Below, in pieces: positions 14,745-27,294 of a stretch of DNA of 64,000 nt. The notes under the pieces were generated by a model that worked only from the letters and a program-made list of their open reading frames with translations, was not told the origin of the DNA and did no database searches. The stretch lies in NCBI RefSeq assembly GCF_009914755.1, contig NC_060928.1, one strand, 5' to 3'. Positions within the stretch are counted from its first letter, which is position 1. Each line of letters begins with the position of its first letter. Source of the stretch: the human T2T-CHM13v2.0 reference genome, Homo sapiens. A program made the position numbers and the translations under genes.

Positions 14745-15510
14745 ACACCTGAATAGAAATTGTTCAAAAAAGACATACAAATGTCCAAGAGGTATATAAA
14801 AATGTGTTTCACATTACTAATCATCAGGGAAATGTGAATCAAAACTACCATGAGATATCATCGCATACCTGTTGGTATGACTATTATTAAGACGTCAAAA
14901 TATGAAAGTTTAAGCAAGGATATGGAGAAAAGGAAACCCTTATACATCATTGGTGGGAATGTAAATTTGGACAACAATTATGGAAAACACCATGGATGTT
15001 TCTAAAAAATTTAAAAACAGAGCTACCATATGATCCTGCAATCCCATTTTGGGTATACATCCAAAATAAATGAAATCAGTAAGTTGAAGAGATATCCGCA
15101 CTCCCACATTCATTACAGCATTATTCACAGCAGCCAGCATCTGGAATAAACCTGTGTCCATTCACAGATGAATGAATAAAGAAAATGTAATGTTTGGGTC
15201 AAAAATACAAAGTTGCAGTTATTTAGGATAAATAAATATGGAAATCTAATACAAGGTGTGAGGATAATAATTAATAATACTGTGTTGTATACTAGAAATT
15301 TTCTGAGAGATTTTATATGTTCTTACCACACAAAAATACATACACACACACACATGAATTATGTAAATTGAGGGCTATGTTAACTGACTTCATTGTAGTA
15401 ATAACTAAACTATATATGTGTATATAAAAACATCATGTTGCGCACCTAAAATAGATACAAAAATGCAAAACTCCCATAATATAAAATTATAAAAACAAAA
15501 CAAAAAACAT
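14745..15510 (+). mobile_element. L1MA (ORF2 3' end joined at ~15190 to an L1MA8-like 3'UTR)
   Basis: ORF2-end text 'gagctaccatatgatcctgcaatcccattttgggtatacatcc', then a jump to 'ggtcaaaaatacaaagttgcagtt...catcatgttg' and an A-rich tail. Confidence 0.82.
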
Positions 15511-15624
15511 TTCACAACATGCGTTAATTACAGTGTGATCACATTCAATTCAACTTAAATAACAGTGTTCTCAGCATAGTTTTCAGGTAGGACTCTTAGA
15601 ATTATCTTTTATTTTAAAATTATA

Positions 15625-16170
15625 AAATATAAAACAGAATATTATTTAGCCTTAAAAAGGAAAGAAATCCTGTAATTTTCATCAACATGGATGAAACTGT
15701 AGGATGTTATGCTAAATGAAATAAACCAGGTACAGAAAGGCAAATACTAAGTGATTTCACTTATATGTGGAATCTAAACATGTTGAATTCATAAAAGCAG
15801 AGGATAGAATGGTGTTTCCAGGAGCTAAGAAGTGGGCAAAATGAGGAGATGTTGATCAAAGAGAACAAAGCTCCAGTTATACAGGATGAATAAGTTCTGT
15901 GAATAATTACCAAAATAAATAGTAAAAGATCTAGTGTATAGCAAAGTGACTATAGTTAATAATATTGTATTGTATATTTGAAATTAGCTCAGAGTAGATC
16001 TTAAATTTTCTCATCACAAAACAAAAATAACTATGTGAGGTGGTTATTATGTTAATTAGCTTCCTTGTGGCAATAATTTCAGAATGTATATCAAAGCACC
16101 ATGTTATACATCTTAAAAGTATATACACATTATATTCATCAATTATATCTCAATAAAGCTAAAGACAAAA
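15625..16170 (+). mobile_element. L1MA9-like 3' end
   Basis: 'gaatattatttagccttaaaaaggaaagaaatcc...gagtagatcttaaattttctcatcac...caattatatctcaataaagct'. Confidence 0.85.
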
Positions 16171-16237
16171 CCAAAATGTTTCACTGTATTTACTGTTTTA
16201 GATGGACATTCTTCTTTTATCGATATATTTATATGAA

Positions 16238-16385
16238 ACACACACACACATAGAATATATATAAAGAATATATCAAATATACACGGAATATATAGTTGAG
16301 TATATAGACACTTATATACTTAGTATGTTTATATGCACACATACACACAAATGCACAAAGGCACACAAATAAATGCACTTATATA
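16238..16385. repeat. Degenerate (CA)/(TA) low-complexity tract
   Basis: acacacacacacatagaatatatata...atgcacacatacacaca. Confidence 0.7.
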
Positions 16386-16399
16386 TTGAGTGTTGTCTG

Positions 16400-16596
16400 G
16401 GAACAATTGACCTCCAGTTGGTAGTTTGAAATTGACAATAGTAACCATATTTATATCACAGAAACAAAATAATTTATTTTATAAAGACAAAAGAGAGAAA
16501 ATGGAAGAAACTTTGAAATTCATGGGTTTATGGGATTTCTAATTTGTTCTTGTCCTCTCAGAAAGCTAGCAGTTAAACATTACCAGCATGTCGCTG
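16400..16596 (+). mobile_element. MER63-like (hAT-Blackjack) fragment
   Basis: 'gttggtagtttgaaattgac...tatttatatcacagaaa' and the terminal 'gttaaacattaccagcatgtcgctg'. Confidence 0.6.
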
Positions 16597-17386
16597 TACA
16601 TATTAAATTGTGTGTGTTAGATTGATATAAATTGAATATGTCTGTGTGTATTTCTGGTCATGCAAATTAACGGTTTCATGAAATGGCTAGGGAATTCACT
16701 GCTTTTCTGCTTTCAAACATTTTGTAAGTAGTGACTCTAGAATCTGTCCTGAAATTTTGTGCATAATGGGTAGTGGATAGTACTTTTCCTATGCAGAACC
16801 ACCTCCTGTTGCACCTCCTGTTGTTGTAGTAACTAATGTCACTACATTAGTGTTCTCCAACCCCCTTGTCAAGGGATATTGGTCTTTTATTAGGCATTCT
16901 TTCAGATGAATTCATTATGTTTTGGCATATTTCAAACACCACAAAAATTATTCAAGTCATTAAGTCTCATTTTCTGATTAGTATATTTGGCTGCTCATTC
17001 ATTATTCCTGGTACACAATGTTACCTTGTTTGCATGTTTTATTTTTTTTTCCTGGACAAATTACTGAATGCACAAGGCAGTTTTAACCATGGGCAGAATC
17101 TTTGCAGATCAATGTTTCAGAGAAATGCCTATCAAACTGCCATATTTATCTTTCCTACCTATTTTTCTTTTCCCATAACTATAAGCATGGTTGGATTTCA
17201 AATGATTGATCATACAAAGCTCTAACAAAGAAAACATTAACCTTTCTGCCTTTAAGAAGCACACAATCTATTGTGGATGTAGCGATCATATTGAATCAGA
17301 CAGGATGTGGTATCAGAGAGAATGGATCATTTATTTGATGTTCCTGACCTACGAAAAGGGAGCTCTCAAATTATTACTATTAGTTC

Positions 17387-17994
17387 TATCACATGAAAGC
17401 AAGTCCAGACTTAAGTAAAGGAGAGGCTTTTTTAGAAAAGACTATTGCAATAGAGGAAAGTAATGTTGTGATAGCGGATAAGTACTATTGCCATAGAAAG
17501 AAAGCTCCAGCTTAACCTGAGATCTGGAGTAGTATTAAAGTGAGGCAAAAAACAACTTTTTTTTTTATGAGAAGTAAACAAGGCTAGAAAGAACTGGGTG
17601 TGGGGAAATGGAATGATGAAGTGGAGAGACTGGATAGCTGACCTGAGTATATTTTCCCCTGGTATTAGCAGATTCTCAGGAGGGACCTTTGAGGAAGGGT
17701 CATTTAAGTTCCACTGCAAGAATTTTGTCCAGATTCGTTGCTGGAGACAAATATTAATAATTCAACTAAACATTTATGAGACACAGAATGAGTATTTGAA
17801 AGTCTGTGTCTGACCTTGTCATAGGTAAACAAAGGGGTATTTATGATTGTCTTCTCTGAGTCATCTAGGGAGAGAGATTCTTTGCAATAAAAATTTTGTA
17901 CAGTAGAAAAAAAGAGGTTGGGGTAAGAAGTGTGGCTTTTGTCACCATAGCTTTTTTCCAAGAGCATGGAACTCAGGTAAAGTTCACTATAGTT
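17387..17994 (-). mobile_element. MER67C-like solo LTR (ERV1)
   Basis: Reverse strand begins 'gaactttacctgagttccatgctc'. Also 'gtctgtgtctgaccttgtcataggtaaacaaagggg' and 'gactattgcaatag'. Confidence 0.8.
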
Positions 17995-18271
17995 GGTTAC
18001 ATTTTTGCAAATTTTATGTCAAGCCAAAATTTTTGTTTCTGCCTTAAGATTTTGATTCTTCACATGATATAAAGCGCCTCATATATCTCACATTTCTGTG
18101 TATCAACTGGGTAGGAGATGGACTGTTCATGAAAATGATAGCAGATGTGGAGATTCCGTAACAGGAGGCTGAAACTTAATGCATTGATCGTGGGATTGTA
18201 AACATCTGAATTTATTTCTATGGCTATTTACTTATCTTGGTGAAAATTTGAAAAATATGTTTCTCACTTCA

Positions 18272-18835
18272 ACTATTCTGGGTATCTGTTGCTGAGAAAT
18301 AAACTACCTCAATATTTAGCAGCTTAAAATAACAATTAATTATTGTGCCCACAAATGCATAATTTGGAGACAGCATAGGTCAAAGACCTGTGTATTCCAC
18401 ATAGCATCACCTGAAGCAACTCGATTGAACACTGTAGATCTAATTCCAAGACAGTTTGCTTACAGGGGTGGCAGGTTGGTGTTGGCTGTTAGCTAAGATC
18501 TCACCTGGGGCTAAGGTCCTGGAGTTTTGGTTCCATTTCATGTTGCTTGGACTACCCATCCAAGTAAGCTTAGAGTATAGTGGCTGTATTCCCAGGGCAA
18601 TTATTCCAAGACAGAGAGAAGGTGAGGTGGGAACTATACTGATTTTAAGAACCGAGCCTTGGAAGTTATATAACCAACTTTTGCCAGACTCTTATGGTGT
18701 ATCACAAAACTTGGCCCAGGTTCATTGGGAAGGAACATAAGCTTCAAGTCTTATTCATGCAATGGTAAGATTTCAAAAGATCATTTAAAACCAGAAATAG
18801 TTTAAGGACTATTTTAAGACATCATAAATTAACAT
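18272..18835 (-). mobile_element. MLT1H-like solo LTR
   Basis: 'tatctgttgctgagaaataaactacctcaatatttagcagcttaaaataacaat...ggcaggttggtgttggctgttagct'. Confidence 0.7.
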
Positions 18836-19189
18836 AAATAATTATGTCCCAAATTTTTTGATAGAAAGATATGATTACGGCACTAGAGATTCTGTAATAA
18901 AAACGAACTTAGATGTGAAGGGCACAAAGTAGATGTGGGAACATCCTTGCAAAAATAAATTTTCTGGCATGCATTTTATTTTTTTTCTGGAGTATAATAG
19001 GCAATACTTCTCTGTTTAATCATTCAACTAATATATATCATGTCACTTGTTAATTTAGGATAACACACCAGTCGTAGTTTGTTTTCCACAAATATGCTAA
19101 GTTGTCAAAAAGTTATGTACAGTTACAGAGATCCACATATCCCTGAATATCATGTGATTATTACTGAAATAATTTCAAATCAGTAATGA

Positions 19190-19550
<361 letters not shown>

Positions 19551-20974
19551 TTATTTCTTTTATCTGAAAATTCCATTCCATCAGGGGTAAAACAAATTTT
19601 CTTTATCATTATCGTTTGGGAGCAGGATCAAATGTTTCCCATCCTTGAGCTGGAGCTTTTACTTACTTTCTACTTATCTCATCATCTTCCCTACAATTTT
19701 ATAAGCTGAAAAATGAAACCCTCCCAAAAATAAAACACAGCTGTGGTGACTACATTCAAAAAGTCCAAAATAGATATTACCACATTTATTTACTGACTGT
19801 AAAGACTCACTGATGCTTCCAAGAAAGCTCTAAGTAGAAAAGGGAACTAGTGTTAAGATGATGAAAAGTCTCTATTACAAAATGATTGACGTGTGTATTA
19901 ATTAGTAAAAATGTTAGCAATGTATTACTAGCTCTGAATTAAGTTAAATATGAGAGCAATGAGTGTGTATTTTGCTGAAATAATAATTCTTTAGACCACT
20001 AATTTATTACATTAATTTATCACTGGGCACCTATTATGTGTAAATAAGTCATAGTTAAGTTGACTTCTATGAATAAAATTCAGAAGATATTTTAGGCTAG
20101 TCAACTACCAATATACTTTAAAAGATTATAAAAGAGACTATTTAGAGTCTGAAGAGTATTTTCAAATCTTCTATAAGAGCACAGATTTCTAGGCTTTTAA
20201 AACTTACCTTAGAATAGAAAAAAAGACAGCTTTTTTACTTATCAGGTTAGTATAAGTATAAAATTAAAACTTGCTAAAAAACAAAGGAAAAAAGAATACT
20301 ATGGACCATTAAAATGTATGACTACATATATATATAAATACACACATACACCTTTATACATGTGTGTATTCCATTCATAAATAAAATATTTGAATATGGA
20401 ATCTACTTATGTAACAAAATAATTTTCTGCCTTAACAAATGGTATCATTTAAAAAATCCAAGAATAATTCATTATTAAAATATCCATTAATTCATCATAT
20501 CAATATATGAAAGAAGTTTGAAATGATTGTCATATATATTGAAGCAGATCATGTAGAAAAATATGATCCATATGGGTTTCCGAGGATCTTATGTTTTAAT
20601 TTATAAAAACATTAAGTAGAAAGTCAAGTGAAGAAGTTTAGAAATAAAATTGTATCATAGTACTTACTTATTAAAATGTTAAAGCCAGCAACTACAAGTG
20701 AAAATATTGTTACTTAGAAACTGTAAACTTATTTTATAGAAAAAATACTCCATAATTAATGTTTTAAATGAACAACCAACTTGGAAAACTGCTGTAGCTT
20801 AGAGAAAATTTTAAACAAATACATTAATATTTAAAATAGTTTTAAAGACCTATGTTTCAAAAAAAAGCCAACAAACTACAGAACTGAAACAGTCAATGTG
20901 AAGTAAAATGTACAAAAGAATAAACACAGATTTTCAATTAATATTATTATTATTATTACTACTAAGGCATTTTT

Positions 20975-21230
20975 AACACAAGTTAATGCTTACTATCAGC
21001 CAAGTGTACTTCTAATATTTTAATATTTTAAAGTTATTGTTTTATTTTTACTCACTAATAATCCTGTGATGTAGCACTATTATTACCCTTATTTCTAATT
21101 TTCAGTTACTGAAAAAATATAAGGCATGCATGGGGTTTAAATAGATTATCCAAGTTGTTCATCCTGTAATTAGAGGGACTAGAATTTAAACCAAGAAGGG
21201 CTGGCTCCAGAGGTGTTTGTAATCCATGTG
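20975..21230 (-). mobile_element. MIR
   Basis: 'aatcctgtgatgtagcactattattacccttatt...agggactagaatttaaaccaag...tggctccagag'. Confidence 0.7.
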
Positions 21231-21624
21231 TCTATAAAGGATTGCCATCTCACTCATAAACAAATAAATGAAATCTAAACCAATGAGAAATCAGTTTTGA
21301 TCTTTCAGATTAAACTACAAAGAAAAGGCTCATAACATATAATGTTTATAACCATATGCTAAAACTGATCTCAAAATATCTGAAATTGGTAGAATAAAAA
21401 TGAATGTACTGTTTGAAGTGAAATGTGTTTAGAATTCTAAATTTAAATCCCATTGGGGCAAGAAAGGCCGCTTCTAATAATTGATTCTACAAAAGTAATT
21501 ACAGATATCTCTGAGATGAGTGTGAGGTATGTGGGTATTAATAGGGGATAGTGTAATAAATTACGGTACAATGAGATGATGGGCAATTACACTGCCTCAA
21601 ACTCCCTGTCTTTTGTTTTTCACA

Positions 21625-21920
21625 CGTCTTGCTCCCTCTCATCTTTCAGGTTCTACTCTACTCACCTAGGTCCCAGAAGCCTTCCAAATTCTCAACTTAT
21701 GTTAGCCCTTCCTACCTCATTATAATTCATATCCATCCCCTCCCTAACTTTTTGGCATGTATTACAATCGTTCTTTATTATTATGAACTTCTTAGTTTTT
21801 AATTTGTCTCTTCTCACTAAAATGTAAGCTTAAGGAGGATTAACTTGTGTTATACCTCCATAACTGAGAACAATACCTATTATACAGTGGTACTCAAAAA
21901 ATAACTATTGTATGTAAGAA
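21625..21920 (+). mobile_element. L2 3' end
   Basis: 'ttgtctcttctcactaaaatgtaagctt...acagtggtactcaaaaaataactattg'. Confidence 0.65.
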
Positions 21921-22108
21921 AAACAGAATAAACCAATAGTTGTTCACGTGTGTGCATATAAAAAGGTATGCATACCAGCAAAATGCATCTTTAAGTTTTG
22001 AGATAAATGATGTTTTTCTCTTTATAGTCTCACCTTCTTTGGAACATTTTAGTTTTTTTTGTTTCAATTTTTATATACAATAATGCATACACTTTTTTGT
22101 TTCTAGAG

Positions 22109-22247
22109 TTTTTTTATTTTTTATTTGTTTTCAGAGAGTGTCTCATTATGTTGCTCAGGCTGGTCATGAACTCCTGGGCTCAAATCATTCTCCTTCCTTA
22201 GCATACCGAGTAGCTGGGATGACAAGGGTGCACAATTGCACTCAGCT
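22109..22247 (-). mobile_element. FLAM_A-like Alu monomer
   Basis: Single 7SL-derived arm 'gtctcattatgttgctcaggctggtcatgaactcctgggctcaa...gagtagctgggatgac'. Confidence 0.85.
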
Positions 22248-22561
22248 ACATACAAGTTTTATAAACAGAAAAACAAATGTAAAGTTACTGGCAACTTGAG
22301 AATGAACAGATATATCAGTACTAGCATGAGAAAATTCAAAGTGCTTCAAAATTCTAATAATAAATTATTGACTACTAACACAATTCATATTCTTTCAATG
22401 TATGGTAGTATAGAGATATTTAAAAATTTGTTATTTGTATATTTATACCTATCTATAATATTTTATCTTATTCTCAACAATGAACAGTAGTAATTACATA
22501 TCCTAAATTTTAAATCTTCTCAATTTCACAATTTGAAAAAATAATAGAATGTAGATAATAG

Positions 22562-22965
22562 CATCTTGGTCCCTTCAGGCTGCTACAATAATACATGGGA
22601 CTAGGCTATTTATAATATAATATAAACAGAAATTTATATTATCACAGTTTTGGAGGCTGAAATGTCCAAGCTCAAGGCACCAGCAGATTCAATGTCTGGA
22701 GAGGGCTGCCCTCTGCTTCAAAGTTGAAGCCTGGTTGCTGTGTCCTCCCATGGTAGAAGACAAAACAGCAAAAATGGCACTAGAGTGATTCCTTCAACCC
22801 TTTTTATAAGAACACTAGTCCATTCATGATGGTGGAGCTCTCCTGATTTGGTGGAGCTCTCCTGATTTAATTACCTCTCAAAAGGCCCCACCTTTTAATA
22901 ATATAAATTTATTATTATATTTCAACATATGAATTTTAAAGGGACACATATACTGAAATTACAAA
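22562..22965 (-). mobile_element. MSTD/MLT1A-type solo LTR
   Basis: 'acagttttggaggctgaaatgtccaagctcaaggcaccagcagattcaatgtctgg...tttcaacatatgaatttt'. Confidence 0.82.
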
Positions 22966-24558
22966 ATTTCTTAATTTAATTTGCATTAAATTAAAAAGTT
23001 GCTTTTCCTATAAATAAAAAATAAATTTTTTAAAGTAACCTAACTTCATGTGAAAAGGCCCTTGATTTAAAATCATAAGTGCTAAATATCAAAAAGTATG
23101 TAGGGCTGGAAAAAATCGGTACACAATAAGAAAATAGAATTATTTAAAATTTATTTTACTGTAATTGCCTAATAAATGAATGTAATAAAAATGTCTTAGA
23201 ATAAACAAATACATTTACATGGTTTTTTTTTTGTGGGCTAAAATATAAATTAATACATAATTTATACAAATTTATAAATGTGCCCGGAATTCATTGATCT
23301 TATCTACATAGCATGAAAGAGAAAGAGTTTTAAAGGAGAATAAAATTTAAAAGATTATATACATCTATATATATAAAAAAATCTTTCACATAATATATAA
23401 ATATATTTTTTCTGAATCACATATAGTTTCTGAATAAATTGAATATAAAAACAAAATAAAATTTCTTATATATTTTCTATAATTGGTGAATATGAAAATA
23501 TGATACTGAACTATAGTATTCAATCAAAATATTTTATAACAAAAAATTCAAATATTTTATTTGCAATTATTAATGAAATATGTGGACTGATAGTCCCATT
23601 TTATTTTTTTAACTATTCAGTTATCTCCTATCATGAATAGTTAAATATTCAAAATTACATTATATTTTTGGATCTTTTTACAGAAGTAAAAAGTATAATT
23701 ACATTATATTTTTGGATTTTTGGATCTGACTACTCTCTTCTCATGAAATATAACTACATATACATTACATTTTATCAAAAATTAGAGTGAACTCATGCTA
23801 TTTTACTGGACTGTTTCTGCACTGGATTTCCTTAAGTTTCTCAGAACCCCTTTTTTGAGGTTTCATGGAATAATTTAAGTTTAATAAATCTATTATTAGA
23901 TTTAATAAATGAAGATTTATATCATAGATCATAAGTCATGAATTTTGCAAGTGTGCTTTTCCCTTCAAATCATCTTCCTTCAAAGTCATCTTTACAGGAT
24001 AAACATAACTTAGTTTATACGGATATAAAGATCTTCCAACGTTTTATAATTGAAATTTCTTTGTAATACTTTTTCCAGTTCTATTAAGTTTTTCTTGACT
24101 TTTTTTTTAACTTCAGCACAATATTTTAGGTGTAGTTACAGCCAAAGTTGATATTTTAAATATTGAATAATCACTGGAATGCAATGTACATCATAAATAT
24201 AAATCGATTTCAGTTCTGAACAATGGGAACAGCTTCAACACTATACTAAATGAATTTCAGCACAGATACTTAGAGAATTTTGAAATATTTTTAATAACTC
24301 TACTCATACTTTGGATCAACTGATAATGGACTCATAAAACAATGTCCTCAAATAATGGCTTAAAATCCTTTTAATTAATTAAGATGTATTGTTCATTGAT
24401 ATTGATGACAAGAAAATAGTTTAAAATAAGATAGATGATTTTCCTCTCTTTAGTATGTCATACATTCTAAAGGGGAGAAGAAGAAAATAAGCCCATTTAA
24501 AATGAAATAAACATTATTTTTCACCATGATGGAGCAGCTACTATCAGACATAACTCCC

Positions 24559-24895
24559 TATCTTAGTCCATTTTGGCTGCTATAACAAAATACCATAAAC
24601 TGGATGGTTTATAAACAATGAAAATTTATTTCTCACAATTTGGGATGAGGGAAAGTACAAGATGAAAAGGCTGATAGATTTTGGGTCTGATGATGACCCA
24701 CTTCCTCATAGCCATCTTCTCACTATAACTTGGCATAATAGAAGGGAAAAGGAACTCTCTAAGGTCTCTTTTATAAGACACTGATCGCATTCATGCAAGT
24801 TCTGCCCTCACTATCTAATCACCTCCCAAATGCCCTACCTCCAAATTTCTACCTCCTAATTACATTGATGATTAGGTTTCAACATATAAATTTTG
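24559..24895 (-). mobile_element. MLT1A-like solo LTR
   Basis: 'tcttagtccattttggctgctataacaaaataccataaactgg...attaggtttcaacatataaattttg'. Confidence 0.85.
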
Positions 24896-25191
24896 TTAAA
24901 TACTTAGACAATAGTACTTCCCTAGATAAATACCTGTGACAATGGGAAAAATACATAGAATAATTTCATGCATTGAGCAATGGACAGTGAAGAATGAGAA
25001 GAAAAAATATTTAAATAGAAAAGAATATATATTTAAAGAAATAATTCCCATTTTTTCCAAAATTAGTGAAAAATAAAAACCCACAAGTCTAAGAAACTCA
25101 GTGCAGTTCAAGAAGGGTAAATATAGAGGACATATTTGGGCAAACAGTTAAGTTGCTTAATATAACAATAAAAAGAAAACTGCTAAGTAAC

Positions 25192-25549
25192 TCTGTTACT
25201 CTGTTCTCATGCTGCTATGAAGAAATACTGGAGACTGGGTAATTTATAAAGAAAAGAAGTTTAATTGATTCACAGTTCTTCATGACTGGGGAGGCCTCCG
25301 GAAACTAACAATCATGGCAAAGGGCATCCCTTCACAGGGCGGCAGGAGAGAAAATGAGTGTCGAGTGAAGGGGGACGCCCTTTATAAAACCATCAGATCT
25401 TGTGAGAACTCACTCACTATCATGCAATCAGCAATAGGGGAAACCACCTCCATGATTCAATTATCTCCACCTGGTCCCACCCATGAAATATGGGGATTAT
25501 TACAATTCAAGGTGAGACTTGCATGGGGACATAGGGCCAAACCATATCA
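25192..25549 (-). mobile_element. THE1D-like solo LTR
   Basis: Ends '...gccaaaccatatca'. Near-TSD gtaac (25187-25191) / gaaac (25550-25554). Confidence 0.9.
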
Positions 25550-26075
25550 GAAACCCCTTCCCAATAAAAAAAACAGGATTATACTCAGGAATAAAATGTT
25601 ATGAACAATGACTCACATCAAAAACAGTAAAGGTCACAAAAAAAAAATAAACAGCATCTTTAAAATGCCAAAAGAGAAAAGTCAATTTAGATATCCAGAT
25701 TTAGTAAAAATTTTCTCCAAAATTTAATTAGAAATTGTTAATGTGTAAAAAGAAAATTTAGGTTAAATAGAAATGTTCACAGATGAAAGTTTGGATCTCA
25801 TTAAAAAATGAAGAAAAACCCAAATAGCAGTTATGTTGGTAAACATACAGTTTCATTACAATTTTTAAAAAAAATGTTAAATGTTTAAAAGATAATAAAT
25901 GTAATGTCACTAATGCAAAAGTAATAATGCACTAAATATGACGTACATAGAAATAAAACAACAGCAGCACAAAATATATGTGGGGAAGCGATTAAAATAA
26001 ATTAAATGAAGTCCTATGTAGAAATAAAACAACAATCACACAGAATGTGTCTAGAAGTGGGAATAAAATGAATTA

Positions 26076-27110
26076 AATGCAGTACTAATTTTGCAATCTG
26101 AAACTGTGCAACATGACCTTAAAAATCAATGAGAAAAAATAACTATTCTCTGACCTGTAAAAATTGTGTCAAAATATTAAAAACTTGCTTAGAACCAGAT
26201 ATGCATATGGAAATTAAAAATTTTAAATAATATTTATTTGTTACACTGTGATTTGAAACACTAAAGTGTTTTATTTCTTTGTAAGAAACAAAGGTATTAA
26301 GAAGACTATCAATATTGCTTGCCTTCTGGTCATATATCTTATTTTTATATGCCATGAAAATCTTTCCTATGTCTTGGCAAATTGTCATACTCTTTTTCTA
26401 AGTGTGGATCAGCCTTGAACATTTTAATCTTTGCACGTTCAATATCGTTAAGATATCTCCAAGAGTTTCTTTAATGTAAGAATTTTAAAAAATATATTTC
26501 TGCAAGTGTCCTTTCTTCTGAGATACCTTTATCCTTTTTGTTTCAAACACTTTTCTTCGTTTTTATTAATAAATTCACTTTCAAGTTTCTCTGATTGTAG
26601 ATTGAGACTCTTAAACAGTAGCAATGTCAACATCCCCATAGCTGGCTATTTCTTCTATAATTTTATTTTTGTTTTATTCAAACTGTATTTGCCACATTAT
26701 AACATTTTTTTGCTGCCTTTTCAACTTCTTAGTCAAATGACTCTTTGGATTATTTATTTTTCAAAAATGACATGTGGGCTTATTGCAAGAATATGAGTAG
26801 ACAATCCAACTATAAGATTTGCTGCCTGTGAATAACAGATGCATGGTGACCAAACACAAAAAGAATTTGAAAAAAGTGAAAAGACTGGTTATAATTTATT
26901 ATAACCAGTGCACATCATATGTGCATGAACCACATATGCTATTTACATAGTGGTTTGTGAAACAAAGAGTTAGCTAAATGTGTAGCTTACTCATAGTCAA
27001 TATACTATAATATCTAAAATATTAAATGTGTAGTTAATGTCACTTGATGTCAATTAAATTGTGTTAACAAATTCTTACATACCAGAACTATGCAAAACAA
27101 GAACTGTCTG
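26076..27110 (-). mobile_element. Tigger (Tigger6-like, TcMar) non-autonomous DNA transposon
   Basis: Right TIR 'tgcaaaacaagaactgtctg' followed by TA; decayed left TIR 'gcagtactaattttgca'. Minus-strand ORF 26143-26388 (MTICQDIGK...YDQKAS...LLNTF) resembles the Tigger transposase C-terminus. Confidence 0.75.
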
Positions 27111-27294
27111 TATGCTCTTATTTATTGTGTTGTTATGTACCTTAGAAAATCTTATTTTATACAGGAAGTGATAGAATATTAAAGCAAGATGGACTCAGAT
27201 AAGTTAAGAATGTGTATTATAATCCTTTGATCTACCACTAAACATGTAATAAAAAGAGTGACAGCTAAAAACATCAAATAAGAGTTAAAATAGA

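Noticed and set aside
16866-17225. 119-aa ORF in non-repeat DNA
   Set aside because: Non-ATG start, F/I/L-rich composition typical of random AT-rich frames, and no recognisable domain.
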